DNA of 64,000 nucleotides from Bacteroidales bacterium (GTDB taxonomy: Bacteria > Bacteroidota > Bacteroidia > Bacteroidales > WCHB1-69): the NCBI GenBank assembly GCA_045534635.1, contig JAZSKB010000014.1, forward strand, positions 25,941 to 89,940. The letters run 5' to 3'. This document shows positions 10,381 to 20,278 of the stretch, piece after piece. Each line of letters begins with the position of its first letter. The stretch's first letter is position 1. A program made the position numbers and the translations under genes. The notes below the pieces were generated by a model, which searched no databases, had not been told where the DNA came from, and saw only the letters and a list, made by a program, of their open reading frames with translations.

Positions 10381-12171
10381 TTACATTTTATCAGGAACAT
10401 CTATTCCCAACAATGACATTGCATGGGCAATGAAACGACCTACCGTTTGTGATAATTGTAAGCGGAACAATCGCAAAAGAGCATTTTCTTCTTTGAAAAT
10501 AGGCGTTGCTTGATAAAATTGATTGTACATTTTTACCAACGAATAAGCATAATTGGCTATCAATGCAGGACTTAAATCTTGACCTGCTTGTTCTAATACA
10601 CCAACATAATCGTACAACAATCTCAACAAACGACGTTCTTCTTTAGGAAGTATATCTATATTTACACAATGCGACAAATCTATATTCTCTGTTTCTGCTT
10701 TACGAGTCAATGAGGCAATACGAGCATGTGTATATTGTATAAATGGTGCTGTATTTCCATTCATATCTATAGATTCTTCAGGATTAAACAACATATTTTT
10801 CCTTGGATCTACTTTCAAAATAAAATATTTCAACGCTCCTAAACCAATCATTGAGGATAATTTCTCAAATTCTTCTTGTGAAAAGTCATCAATTTTTCCC
10901 ATTTGACGCGTATTTTCTGCTGCAATTGCTATCATATTTTGCATTAAATCGTCTGCATCAACAACAGTACCTTCCCTTGATTTCATTTTTCCATTTGGCA
11001 ATTCTACCATTCCGTATGACAAATGATAAATGGTATCTCCCCATGCAAAATTAAGTTTTTTACTTAATATTAATTTTAACACATCAAAATGATAATTTTG
11101 CTCATTACCAACAATATATATCATTTTTTGTGGTTGAAATTCTTTATGTCGTTGTTCAGCCGTACCTAAATCTTGCGTGATATAAACCGAAGTACCATCA
11201 GAACGTAACAAAACTTTTTCATCATAACCTTCATCTGTAAGATTTACACAAACAGCTCCATCAGCACGTTGATAAAATACATTGTTGGTTAACCCAACAT
11301 CTACCAATGATTTTCCCCTTAGGTAAGTATTTGATTCATAATATATTTTATCGAAACTTATACCTAATTGTTGGTAAGTTTGAGCAAAACCATCGTACAC
11401 CCAATTGTTCATTTTGACCCATAATGCACGAACTTGTTCATCGTTGGCTTCCCATTTGCGAAGCATTTCTTGTGCTTCTAACATTATAGGAGCTTGTTTT
11501 TCTGCATCTTCTTTAGTATAGCCTTTCTCTATTAAAGAATTAATTTCTGATTTGTAAAGTTTGTCAAATTCCACATAATAATAACCAACCAATTTATCTC
11601 CTTTCATTTGAGTACTTTCTGGAGTTGCTCCATTGGCAGAATGTAACCATGCGACCATAGATTTACAGATATGTATTCCTCTGTCATTTACCAAATTAAC
11701 TCTTATAACAGGATAACCAACAGCCTCTAAAATATTACACACAGAACAGCCTAATAAATTATTGCGAACATGTCCCAGATGCAATGGTTTGTTGGTATTT
11801 GGTGAAGAAAATTCTACGACAATAGGTTGTGATGATGATTGCGTAAAAAATTTAAAATCAGTAGTATATGCTTCTTTGAAATATTCTAACCATATTTGAG
11901 GAGTCAAAGAAAGATTTAAAAAACCTTTTACAACATTGAAACTTTCAACAAATGGTAATTTTTCCATTAATGCTGTACCAATTTGATTTGCCGTTGCTTC
12001 TGGTGACAATCGAACTATTTTTACTAATGGAAAAATTACTATGGTAAAATCCCCTTCAAATTCTTCTCTTGTTTTGTTTATTTGTAATAAACTTTCATCT
12101 ATATTTTGATTATATACTTCAAATACAACACTTTGTACTGCTTCTTTTATTTTTTGTTCAAAATTTATCAT
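10381..12171 (-). CDS. argS: arginine--tRNA ligase
   Basis: 596 aa with the class I signature SPNTNKPLHLGHVRN, GKMKSREG, and a DALR anticodon-binding C-terminus ending in M. Confidence 0.95.
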   Translation of the reverse strand: MINFEQKIKEAVQSVVFEVYNQNIDESLLQINKTREEFEGDFTIVIFPLVKIVRLSPEATANQIGTALMEKLPFVESFNVVKGFLNLSLTPQIWLEYFKEAYTTDFKFFTQSSSQPIVVEFSSPNTNKPLHLGHVRNNLLGCSVCNILEAVGYPVIRVNLVNDRGIHICKSMVAWLHSANGATPESTQMKGDKLVGYYYVEFDKLYKSEINSLIEKGYTKEDAEKQAPIMLEAQEMLRKWEANDEQVRALWVKMNNWVYDGFAQTYQQLGISFDKIYYESNTYLRGKSLVDVGLTNNVFYQRADGAVCVNLTDEGYDEKVLLRSDGTSVYITQDLGTAEQRHKEFQPQKMIYIVGNEQNYHFDVLKLILSKKLNFAWGDTIYHLSYGMVELPNGKMKSREGTVVDADDLMQNMIAIAAENTRQMGKIDDFSQEEFEKLSSMIGLGALKYFILKVDPRKNMLFNPEESIDMNGNTAPFIQYTHARIASLTRKAETENIDLSHCVNIDILPKEERRLLRLLYDYVGVLEQAGQDLSPALIANYAYSLVKMYNQFYQATPIFKEENALLRLFRLQLSQTVGRFIAHAMSLLGIDVPDKM

Positions 12172-12173
12172 AA

Positions 12174-12854
12174 TTATAAGTTTTTGTAAATCCTTTTTCC
12201 AAAAATTGCACTTCCAATTCTTACCATTGTAGAACCTTCTTGCATAGCAACATCAAAATCGTCGGTCATTCCCATACTAATTTGTGAAAAATATTCATTT
12301 TGAGCAAAATATTTTTCTTTTAGCATATCAAAATAATTTTTCAACAAACGAAATTCTTTTCTTACCATTTCTTTATTGTCAGTAAATGTTGCCATTCCCA
12401 TAACGCCACAAATTCTAACAGATGTTAAATTTTTAAAGTTCTCATTTTCAAGCATTGATATTGCTTCTTGCATATCAAAACCAAATTTTGTTTCTTCTTG
12501 AGCAATATGAAATTGTAATAAAACATCTACAATTCTTTTGTGTTTTGCTGCTTGTTTGTTGACTTCTTGAAGCAATTTTTCGCTATCAATACCTTGAATA
12601 CAAGCAACAAATGGAATAATATATTTTATTTTATTACTTTGCAAATGTCCAATATGATGCCAAAGAATATCTTTAGGTAAATTTGTATATTTTTGTGATA
12701 ATTCTTGGACATAATTTTCTCCAAATAGTCGTTGTCCGGCTTGGTATGCCTGCATAATTTCTTCTTCCGACTTCAATTTTGATACAGCAATCAATTGTAC
12801 ATTTTCATACAATTGTGCTTTTATCGTTTGTAAATTATCTACTATTGTATTCAT
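12174..12854 (-). CDS. yggS: YggS-family pyridoxal-phosphate homeostasis protein
   Basis: The ORF track extends to 12917, but that extension contains the upstream terminator (12913-12942) and a TACTTTTG box (12867-12874). I therefore start at MNTIVDNLQ (ATG at 12854). The protein has AVSKLKS with the PLP lysine and a TIM-barrel YggS pattern. Confidence 0.85.
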   Translation of the reverse strand: MNTIVDNLQTIKAQLYENVQLIAVSKLKSEEEIMQAYQAGQRLFGENYVQELSQKYTNLPKDILWHHIGHLQSNKIKYIIPFVACIQGIDSEKLLQEVNKQAAKHKRIVDVLLQFHIAQEETKFGFDMQEAISMLENENFKNLTSVRICGVMGMATFTDNKEMVRKEFRLLKNYFDMLKEKYFAQNEYFSQISMGMTDDFDVAMQEGSTMVRIGSAIFGKRIYKNL

Positions 12855-12866
12855 CTTATTTTTTTG

Positions 12867-12874
12867 CAAAAGTA
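12867..12874 (-). promoter_or_regulatory. -7 box TACTTTTG (yggS-argS)
   Basis: TACTTTTGCAAAA on the minus strand, 12 nt before the ATG at 12854. Confidence 0.7.
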
Positions 12875-12912
12875 ACATTTTTCTGACAATATTACTCCAT
12901 ACCAACAAAAAA

Positions 12913-12942
12913 AGCAAGATATAATTTAAACCATATCTTGCT
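12913..12942 (-). terminator. intrinsic terminator after the 751-aa T9SS gene
   Basis: agcaagatat-N10-atatcttgct is a 10-bp stem followed by T7 on the minus strand. Confidence 0.7.
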
Positions 12943-12963
12943 CTTTTTGTTAAAAAAATATTT

Positions 12964-15219
12964 TTATTCTTTTATAAACTTTTTAACACTTTTTCCATTT
13001 TGTGTTGTTATTTGTATGATATACATACCTTTAGATAAATTTGCTATATCCACAGAAATATGATTTGTGCTAACATGCAAATCTTTTACTTTTTGTCCCA
13101 TTACATTGTAAATGTTGACTTCTTGTATATTTTCTTCCGATTGAATCGTAAGCATATCTTTTGCTGGATTTGGATATATTTCAATATTTCCTATTTTCAT
13201 TTTTTCTTTTATTGAGGAAGCGGCACCTACTTTTCCTGCTTGAAGAATTTCTTTTGTACTTGTATTTTGTATCCAATAAACGGCATAAATGTTATTAAAA
13301 TTTTCTACAGAATGTTCTGTTCGTATATTAATAGGAGAACTTGCACTTGTGGGCAAACGATACGAACCGGGAAATACATATTCATAAGTTTTTGTAACAG
13401 ATGTTCCTTTCTCCAAAGTAATAGCATCTCCACTTGTTGAAGAAACCATTTTTTTCATAACATGATGCCATACAGTATCCCAACCTTGAGTATATAATTG
13501 TTTATTAGTCAAAGAAACCGCTTGTGGGTGTCTATTGTTGTGAGTTTCTCTTTCTACTAAGGCAACAAACAAAACATGACCTTTAGGGTATGAGTATAAT
13601 GGATTGATTTCCAAGTCTATTTTATATGATTTTTCTCCATTATAAGTAAATGTTGCTTTCATATCAACAAATGCAGGAACTTCGGCTTTGGCTCTAAAAA
13701 TATTAATATTATAATTTCTTGGGTCATTGCCAAATTCTTCACCACTTCCATCTACTTTCAAACTAGGAACAGAACTTATTCCGTAATATGTTCTTCTGGT
13801 TTGTGCTTCTGGGGTAAAATATGGGTCTCCGGGATTCGGCCAATTCATTTGATATTTAATACATACATAATCTTCACTTCCTAAAGTATTAAATATTCTT
13901 GATAAATTAGCATTTCCCACTTTACAAGGGGAGCAAGTTGATGCGGTAAAACCTTCGTGCAAGACAACTCTTGGAACTATTTGGTCGTAAGCAACAATAG
14001 TAAAATAAATCGTATCAGTTGTTGTCCCGTCAATATCATTTAACGAATCTAACCATACTTTTAGTGTGTATTCTCCTGTTTCTGAAGGGATTGTCAATTG
14101 TTCTGTACTTGTTAATTTAACCTCTTTAGTATAACTATTTATAGCAATATTCGATAAAGAACAACTTTTTATTGTTCCCTCTATTTCGTACAACATTTTA
14201 CAAGAAGTAATTGGATTTACTCCTTCCATTTTTGTCAATATAGATACTGAGGTTGTTGTATTAATTTTTTGAAATCTTTCCATTTCTACTGCTGTAATTT
14301 CAACAGCAGTAGAATCCATTTGCATAGCATCTAAATCATACAAAATATGACAATTTGCAGGAAAACCTACACCTAATACATTTTTTTGTACACCATTAAC
14401 TAATAAATTAGGACAAATATAAATAGCATAAGCATAATTATTTATCCATTCTGGTTTATCTTTTCCAACAGAATGGATAGGAGCGACAATTTTACCTGTT
14501 GCAACATTTATTTTAAGCATATCTTGAGGATATCTGTTCAACAACCACAAATATGGACCTCCTTCTGAAATGGTATCATAATCCATTACCCAACATGTTT
14601 CTATTCCTTCATAATTCAATGAAGACAAATTAATACTTTTCAGTTTTGTAAGACTACGACTATATAAATTCAAATTACTTGTTTCTAGTGTTGAAGAACT
14701 TCCTCCTAAAACCCAAAAACCACCTTGACCATTGTCTGCATCGGGAGCATAAGCAATTCCTCTTGCACTTGTTCCTTTGGTAAGTATCATCAAAGAATCT
14801 ACTGATTTTGTTTCTAAGTTGATTCTAAAAATAGTATCTGTAAAGTTGGCTACATACAAATATTGACCATCACTTGTAATGTCCATTGCTTGCATACCTA
14901 TAATTTTATGAGCAACAAGTCCCTTAATTTGGACAGAGTCGATATTTTTTTGAGATACTGGATTAATTGTGTATAATTTCCCGCTAGTACCTCCTATTGC
15001 ATAAACAGTTGAAGAAGAATCTGTTATATGATATACGAACCCTGTTGAGAAATTTGGTTTTGGAGTTATTGTACCACTTGCCACTATATCCCATTCTGTG
15101 GCAGATTTTTGATATTTCATCACTGTAGAAGAATTTATCTTTTCTTCTATTCTAATTTGTGCAACATTTGCACTTATCATTCCGATAACAATCAGATTAA
15201 AAATTAACAACTTTTTCAT
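12964..15219 (-). CDS. T9SS-secreted protein with a beta-propeller-like N-terminal half and a thioredoxin-fold/Omp28-like CxxC region
   Basis: 751 aa with a signal peptide. It carries HEGFTASTCSPCKVGN (CSPC) and a type A sorting domain (IEIYPNPAKDMLTI...KGMYIIQITTQNGKSVKKFIKE). Confidence 0.75.
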   Translation of the reverse strand: MKKLLIFNLIVIGMISANVAQIRIEEKINSSTVMKYQKSATEWDIVASGTITPKPNFSTGFVYHITDSSSTVYAIGGTSGKLYTINPVSQKNIDSVQIKGLVAHKIIGMQAMDITSDGQYLYVANFTDTIFRINLETKSVDSLMILTKGTSARGIAYAPDADNGQGGFWVLGGSSSTLETSNLNLYSRSLTKLKSINLSSLNYEGIETCWVMDYDTISEGGPYLWLLNRYPQDMLKINVATGKIVAPIHSVGKDKPEWINNYAYAIYICPNLLVNGVQKNVLGVGFPANCHILYDLDAMQMDSTAVEITAVEMERFQKINTTTSVSILTKMEGVNPITSCKMLYEIEGTIKSCSLSNIAINSYTKEVKLTSTEQLTIPSETGEYTLKVWLDSLNDIDGTTTDTIYFTIVAYDQIVPRVVLHEGFTASTCSPCKVGNANLSRIFNTLGSEDYVCIKYQMNWPNPGDPYFTPEAQTRRTYYGISSVPSLKVDGSGEEFGNDPRNYNINIFRAKAEVPAFVDMKATFTYNGEKSYKIDLEINPLYSYPKGHVLFVALVERETHNNRHPQAVSLTNKQLYTQGWDTVWHHVMKKMVSSTSGDAITLEKGTSVTKTYEYVFPGSYRLPTSASSPINIRTEHSVENFNNIYAVYWIQNTSTKEILQAGKVGAASSIKEKMKIGNIEIYPNPAKDMLTIQSEENIQEVNIYNVMGQKVKDLHVSTNHISVDIANLSKGMYIIQITTQNGKSVKKFIKE

Positions 15220-15264
15220 ATTTATAAAACATTTTTATTCTATTTATTTTTACTTTTCAATTTG

Positions 15265-15272
15265 CAAAGGTA
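15265..15272 (-). promoter_or_regulatory. -7 box TACCTTTG (751-aa T9SS gene)
   Basis: TACCTTTGCAAA on the minus strand, 45 nt before the ATG at 15219. Confidence 0.65.
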
Positions 15273-15303
15273 CGTTTTTTTTTGATATAACAAAAAATTT
15301 TTT

Positions 15304-17913
15304 TTAAAATTTAATTGCTATAGTACAACTTTTTTTTATTTTATACACTTTTCCTGCTGTATCCCAATACGATATAATTATAATATAGTTTCCAATTGAA
15401 GTTTTAACATTATTTTCTATGGTTCCGTCCCATGTAAAATAACCTTCTGTACCACAAAGTTCATTATTCACTAAATTATGAATTTTTTGTCCATAAATAT
15501 TATAAATATCAACACTTACTCTATTGTCAGCATTTGCAAAAGCATATTTTATCTGCAAAATATCATTGTAACCATCGTTGTCAGGAGAAAAAATTTCTGG
15601 GCTAATAGTTATAATATCATTATTATCTATATTTTCAGAGAAGACAGAATTTTTATATCCGGGAGTTGCAAAGCCAACTGTTGCTGCTGCTGAATGCCAA
15701 TTAGAAGCATCTTGAGTTGGACGATTGTGATTGATACGTTCTAAACTTACCCCTTCTGTTGTTTTCAGCATTGAATAATGCATAGTTTCTGTATAATCAA
15801 ATCTATCTATAATACTACCTTCATATAATAATATTACTGTTCCTGAAGTGTTATTATAAGCAGGAATTGAAGACATTTCCAAAAAATTTTCTGGGTACGG
15901 ACAATTATATTGCGATTGCACTATTTGTGTTGATGTTGAAAGCACCAAATACTGATTTGCTTCTATATATCTTCCATTTAAATCTACAATTTTTCCTGTA
16001 TCTATTTGTCCTTTCGTATTTATATTTGATAAACGCAATCCTTTTAAACTTATTGGTTTATTATTAGGATTGTATATTTCTACAAAATCTACACCTTCAT
16101 TATTTGGATTAAACAAAACTTCATTGATAACAATATCATTAGCACGACTTATTTTTTTTGGATAAACAAAAACAAACGAAGTTGGAACAAGTATTTGATT
16201 ACCAACACAATCAAATATTGTATCGTTAATTGTTAGCCTATATGTTTTTCCTTCTAACAATGGTGTTGACAATATTAATTCTACTTGTTTCCAATTGTTA
16301 TCTATAACATTAACAGATTTAATATTATTATCGGTAATCGTATAAACTTGACAACTTAATCTATTGGTATCCAAAATTTTCTCATTGAAACACAAAGTAA
16401 GTAAAGTATCAGCAACAATAAAAATGTTTTCTATTGTAGGAGCAATATTATCGGGAGCAATTGTTGCTACGGAATTTTGTTGACATGGTGTCCCTCCTGC
16501 TTTTGCTTTTGATGCTGTCCAATTATTTTCTTCTCCACAAGGATTGTTCCAATCTATCATTTCCAAAGACCATCCACCATTTTTTTTCACATTGTCGGCA
16601 TACCAAGTATCTGTAAATTCAATCTCTGAAATCAATTGCTCGTTATCGTCCCATAAGATAAGTTGTTGTCCTGCATCTGTAATTTGAAAACTTGAAAAAC
16701 TATATACATTGCCATAATGTTCGTATGCTGATTTTGCTGTATGAGACACTACCAGTAAATAATCATTGGCGGCAATAGTTACATCTGAAAATATTTTTGT
16801 TGTTTTACCTATTTGCAATTTCCAACCATTTAAATTTATGGGAAAATTTTGTCTGTTATATAACTCAATATATTCATAATTAGGTAATTCTACCATTGGG
16901 GAGGGTTTTGCCATTATTTCATTTATCAACACGTCAAACATTGAAGGAAAATAATACATAAAATCTAAACTTGTATCTTGCAAAATATTTCCTGCTATAT
17001 CCGATATATTGGTTACTTGTAAAGTTAGAATATTATTGATAGGCAATGGCTGAAAAAATATTAATTGTATTTGTTGAGTATTGTTACTATCAACGACTAT
17101 ACTATCTGGATTCCCTACAGAAAAAAGATGAAAATTATTAGTAGTTAACAATTGTGTATTTATTGGCTCTGTAAATTCTAATCCTATTTGTTGACGATTT
17201 TCTTTATCTATTTGCAATTGATTTACCAAAGGTGGAATTGTATCATAGACAATAGCCCCATAATAGATATCATCGAAGAAGAATTTTTTTGCATTTGATG
17301 CGGTATAAACACAAACTAATCCTATATGAGTTGATGTAAGAAAAGTAGAATCATAACAAGAAAATTCTTCTTCCCAATTATCTGTTTCTACAGATGAGGA
17401 GAACACTGTCCATAAAGCATTTGTATCTCGTACGATTTTTATTTTCAAATCGAAAGAAGAAGCGATACGTGCCGCTGGGTCAGAAGCCAAAAGTGTATGT
17501 GTTGTTCCATTTTGACAATACAATTTAATGGCATCGTTGCTACCATTTTCTCCAAAACGCAAATAATATCCTGATATTGAATCAATTAGCAAATTATTCG
17601 TATCTGATACAAGATAAAAACGACTATAATTATTGTCTGATGGGGAAAAAGTTTGTTTAATTCGGAATTGCCATTCTACATTTCCCTCTAAAAAAGTTGA
17701 CGATGTTGATAAATAAGATTTTCCTGCTGCAGAGGCAGACAATTGTAACTCTTTGTTTGTATTTACTTCAAAATCTGCAGTTGTTCCTATCCATGTTGGA
17801 TTATTGATAAAATCTCCATCTGAAAAATCATCATTTACTTGTGCTTGAGTTGTCCAAACAACAAATTGAAATACGGAAAAATAAATTAATTTACGCATCG
17901 TTCTTTTATTCAT
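15304..17913 (-). CDS. lamin-tail-domain protein with a T9SS type B (gliding-motility C-terminal) sorting domain
   Basis: 869 aa with two LTD signatures (VLINEIMAKPSP..YIELYNRQNFPINLNGWKL; IVINEVLFNPNNEGVDFVEIYNPNNKPISLKGLRL). The C-terminus has FSPDNDGYNDIL. Confidence 0.8.
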   Translation of the reverse strand: MNKRTMRKLIYFSVFQFVVWTTQAQVNDDFSDGDFINNPTWIGTTADFEVNTNKELQLSASAAGKSYLSTSSTFLEGNVEWQFRIKQTFSPSDNNYSRFYLVSDTNNLLIDSISGYYLRFGENGSNDAIKLYCQNGTTHTLLASDPAARIASSFDLKIKIVRDTNALWTVFSSSVETDNWEEEFSCYDSTFLTSTHIGLVCVYTASNAKKFFFDDIYYGAIVYDTIPPLVNQLQIDKENRQQIGLEFTEPINTQLLTTNNFHLFSVGNPDSIVVDSNNTQQIQLIFFQPLPINNILTLQVTNISDIAGNILQDTSLDFMYYFPSMFDVLINEIMAKPSPMVELPNYEYIELYNRQNFPINLNGWKLQIGKTTKIFSDVTIAANDYLLVVSHTAKSAYEHYGNVYSFSSFQITDAGQQLILWDDNEQLISEIEFTDTWYADNVKKNGGWSLEMIDWNNPCGEENNWTASKAKAGGTPCQQNSVATIAPDNIAPTIENIFIVADTLLTLCFNEKILDTNRLSCQVYTITDNNIKSVNVIDNNWKQVELILSTPLLEGKTYRLTINDTIFDCVGNQILVPTSFVFVYPKKISRANDIVINEVLFNPNNEGVDFVEIYNPNNKPISLKGLRLSNINTKGQIDTGKIVDLNGRYIEANQYLVLSTSTQIVQSQYNCPYPENFLEMSSIPAYNNTSGTVILLYEGSIIDRFDYTETMHYSMLKTTEGVSLERINHNRPTQDASNWHSAAATVGFATPGYKNSVFSENIDNNDIITISPEIFSPDNDGYNDILQIKYAFANADNRVSVDIYNIYGQKIHNLVNNELCGTEGYFTWDGTIENNVKTSIGNYIIIISYWDTAGKVYKIKKSCTIAIKF

Positions 17914-18030
17914 ATTGTATTTTTTTTATCAACTATTTTAATAAACTTTCTTCTTTATTTTTTTTTACAAAATTATCATTTATTTTTTTATTTTCCAATT
18001 ATTCCCTAAAAAATATATAAATTCAACAAG

Positions 18031-18038
18031 CAAAGTTA
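18031..18038 (-). promoter_or_regulatory. -7 box TAACTTTG (LTD gene)
   Basis: TAACTTTGC on the minus strand, about 118 nt before the ATG at 17913. Confidence 0.5.
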
Positions 18039-18129
18039 TAAAAAAAATCGTTTCAAAAAGTAGAAATTTGTATTTTTTCCTTTTTTACAATTTTCAAAAT
18101 ATATTTTTCGTTTTTTTACAAAAAAATGC

Positions 18130-18137
18130 TAATTTTG
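18130..18137 (+). promoter_or_regulatory. -7 box TAATTTTG (deaminase-era-recO)
   Basis: TAATTTTGCAAAA, 6 nt before the ATG at 18144, so a very short or absent leader. Confidence 0.65.
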
Positions 18138-18143
18138 CAAAAT

Positions 18144-18626
18144 ATGTTACAAGAAGAAAGAGATAGATTATTTATAAAAAAGACCATTCTATTGGCATTG
18201 CAAAATGTCCAAGAGAAAAAAGGTGGTCCTTTTGCTGCTATTGTCACAAAGGGAAATGAAATCATTGCCGAAGGAACAAATATAGTAACAACAAGCAATG
18301 ACCCTACTGCACATGCAGAAATCACAGCAATAAGAAATGCTTGTAATCAATTAAATAGTTTTCAATTGGAAGGTTGCACTATTTATTCGAGTTGTGAACC
18401 ATGTCCAATGTGTTTGGGTGCTATTTATTGGGCAAGACCATCACGACTTATTTTTGCAGCAAATAAACATCAAGCAGCAAAAGCAGGTTTTGACGATGCT
18501 TTTATTTACAATGAAATAACATTGCCTTATATCGAAAGGCATCTTGAAACGGTTCATTACAATGATACGGATAGTGAAAAACCTTTCGATTTATGGAAAA
18601 TGTCAAACGATAAAATCAACTATTAA
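18144..18626 (+). CDS. CDA-fold nucleoside/guanine deaminase
   Basis: Has the HAE...CEPCPMC zinc motifs and GuaD-like AGFDDAFIYNEI. The ORF track starts at 18126, but a TAATTTTG box (18130-18137) lies inside that extension, so the ATG at 18144 is preferred. Confidence 0.8.
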   Translation: MLQEERDRLFIKKTILLALQNVQEKKGGPFAAIVTKGNEIIAEGTNIVTTSNDPTAHAEITAIRNACNQLNSFQLEGCTIYSSCEPCPMCLGAIYWARPSRLIFAANKHQAAKAGFDDAFIYNEITLPYIERHLETVHYNDTDSEKPFDLWKMSNDKINY

Positions 18627-19517
18627 ATGGAAATAACAGAAAAGCATAAAGCAGGTTTTGTTAGTCTTTTGGGCAATCCCAATGTAGGTAAATCAACATT
18701 GATGAATACTTTAGTTGGGGAAAAATTATCTATAATTTCAGCAAAAGCACAGACAACAAGACATCGTATTATGGGAATTGTCAATGGAGAAGATTTTCAA
18801 ATTGTTTATTCAGACACTCCCGGTGTTTTGGAACCAAACTACAAAATGCAAGAATATATGATGCAATATGTAGAATTGGCTCTTCAAGATAGTGATATTT
18901 TGCTTTATATGGTTGAAGTTGGTGAAACAAAATACAATGAAAATGTTATCAATACTATTTTGCAAGCAAAAACAAAAATAGTATTAATAATCAACAAAAT
19001 AGATAAATTTAGTGAAGAACAAATTGTTGTTACCAAACAATATTGGGAAAATTTGTTGAAACCGAATACTACTTGTTGTATTTCTGCTCTTGAACGAACA
19101 AATGTTTTGTCGGTAGTAGATTCCGTTGTAGATTTATTGCCATACGCTCCACCTTATTTCGATAAAGATGAACTTACCGATAGGTCAATGCGATTTTTTG
19201 TTTCGGAAATTATTCGTGAAAAAATATTATTGCTTTACAAAAAAGAAATTCCATACAGTGTAGAAGTGGAAGTTACCGCTTATAAAGAACAACCCAATTT
19301 TGTTCATATAGATGCAATGATTTATGTTGAAAGAGAAAGTCAAAAAGCAATAATACTTGGACATAAAGGGCTTGCAATAAAAGAGTTAGGAATTCAAGCA
19401 AGATTGGCAATAGAAGAATTTATTGAAAGCAAAGTATATTTATCGTTAAGTTTGAAAGTGCAAAAAAATTGGCGTAACGATGATAGTAGATTGAAAAAAT
19501 TTGGTTATGGTAACTAA
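18627..19517 (+). CDS. era: GTPase Era
   Basis: 296 aa with G1 GNPNVGKST, G3 DTPG, G4 NKID and a C-terminal KH domain. Confidence 0.95.
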   Translation: MEITEKHKAGFVSLLGNPNVGKSTLMNTLVGEKLSIISAKAQTTRHRIMGIVNGEDFQIVYSDTPGVLEPNYKMQEYMMQYVELALQDSDILLYMVEVGETKYNENVINTILQAKTKIVLIINKIDKFSEEQIVVTKQYWENLLKPNTTCCISALERTNVLSVVDSVVDLLPYAPPYFDKDELTDRSMRFFVSEIIREKILLLYKKEIPYSVEVEVTAYKEQPNFVHIDAMIYVERESQKAIILGHKGLAIKELGIQARLAIEEFIESKVYLSLSLKVQKNWRNDDSRLKKFGYGN

Positions 19518-19519
19518 TT

Positions 19520-20260
19520 ATGATTGAAAAGGTTAAAGGTATTGTTTTACAAAGAATTGCTTATACGGATAACAAAAATATCGTAAAAATTTACACAGAA
19601 ACTGGAAGTAATTCTTATATGTGTTTTCGGAAGTCCAAAAACACACACGATGCCTTACAGCCAATGACTTTAGTACAATTTTGCAGTGAAAAACGACAAG
19701 GAACATCTTTAAGTTTTCTGCGAGATGTACAATATTTAAATTCGGTAGCAATAAGTGATTATCAATTGCCAAAAGCAACCATTAATATGTTTCTTAATGA
19801 AATACTTTATAAATTGTTGGGCAATGCTGGCGAAGATTCCGAATTATTTGATTTTGTTTTTAATACATTACACCAATTTTATAATTCTCCTTATTTACAA
19901 GATTTTCATTTGCGTTTTTTGATTCATTGTGCCATACAAATGGGTTCTGCTCCAAAAGATAATTATCAAGAAGGCTGTATTTTTGATGTGTTGTCGGCTA
20001 ACTTTGTAACAAAAAAAACAATTGCTGTAACTAATTCAATGCAAAAAAATGACAAATTTTCTGAAGATATAAATGTTCAAGTTGCACAATACTTATATGC
20101 GTTAATGCAAGAACCTTTGTTTCCTCAAACGCCTACAATTGCTCCTTTTGTTGTTCGTAACGCATTGTTGAATTTACTTATAGAATATTATACTATTCAT
20201 ATCATAGATTTGTCGGGATTACAATCTTTGGAAGTTTTACAAACAATATTGCATGAATAA
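19520..20260 (+). CDS. recO: DNA repair protein RecO
   Basis: 246 aa immediately after era, the conserved era-recO pairing. It shows an N-terminal OB-fold pattern (KGIVLQRIAYTDNKNIVKIYT). Confidence 0.8.
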   Translation: MIEKVKGIVLQRIAYTDNKNIVKIYTETGSNSYMCFRKSKNTHDALQPMTLVQFCSEKRQGTSLSFLRDVQYLNSVAISDYQLPKATINMFLNEILYKLLGNAGEDSELFDFVFNTLHQFYNSPYLQDFHLRFLIHCAIQMGSAPKDNYQEGCIFDVLSANFVTKKTIAVTNSMQKNDKFSEDINVQVAQYLYALMQEPLFPQTPTIAPFVVRNALLNLLIEYYTIHIIDLSGLQSLEVLQTILHE

Positions 20261-20278
20261 ATATTATTTTTGTAAATA

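Noticed and set aside
12855-12917. 21-codon N-terminal extension of yggS given by the ORF track
   Set aside because: The extension contains the intrinsic terminator of the upstream gene (12913-12942) and the TACTTTTG promoter box (12867-12874). Its peptide (MLFLLVWSNIVRKMLLLQKNK) is not part of YggS proteins.
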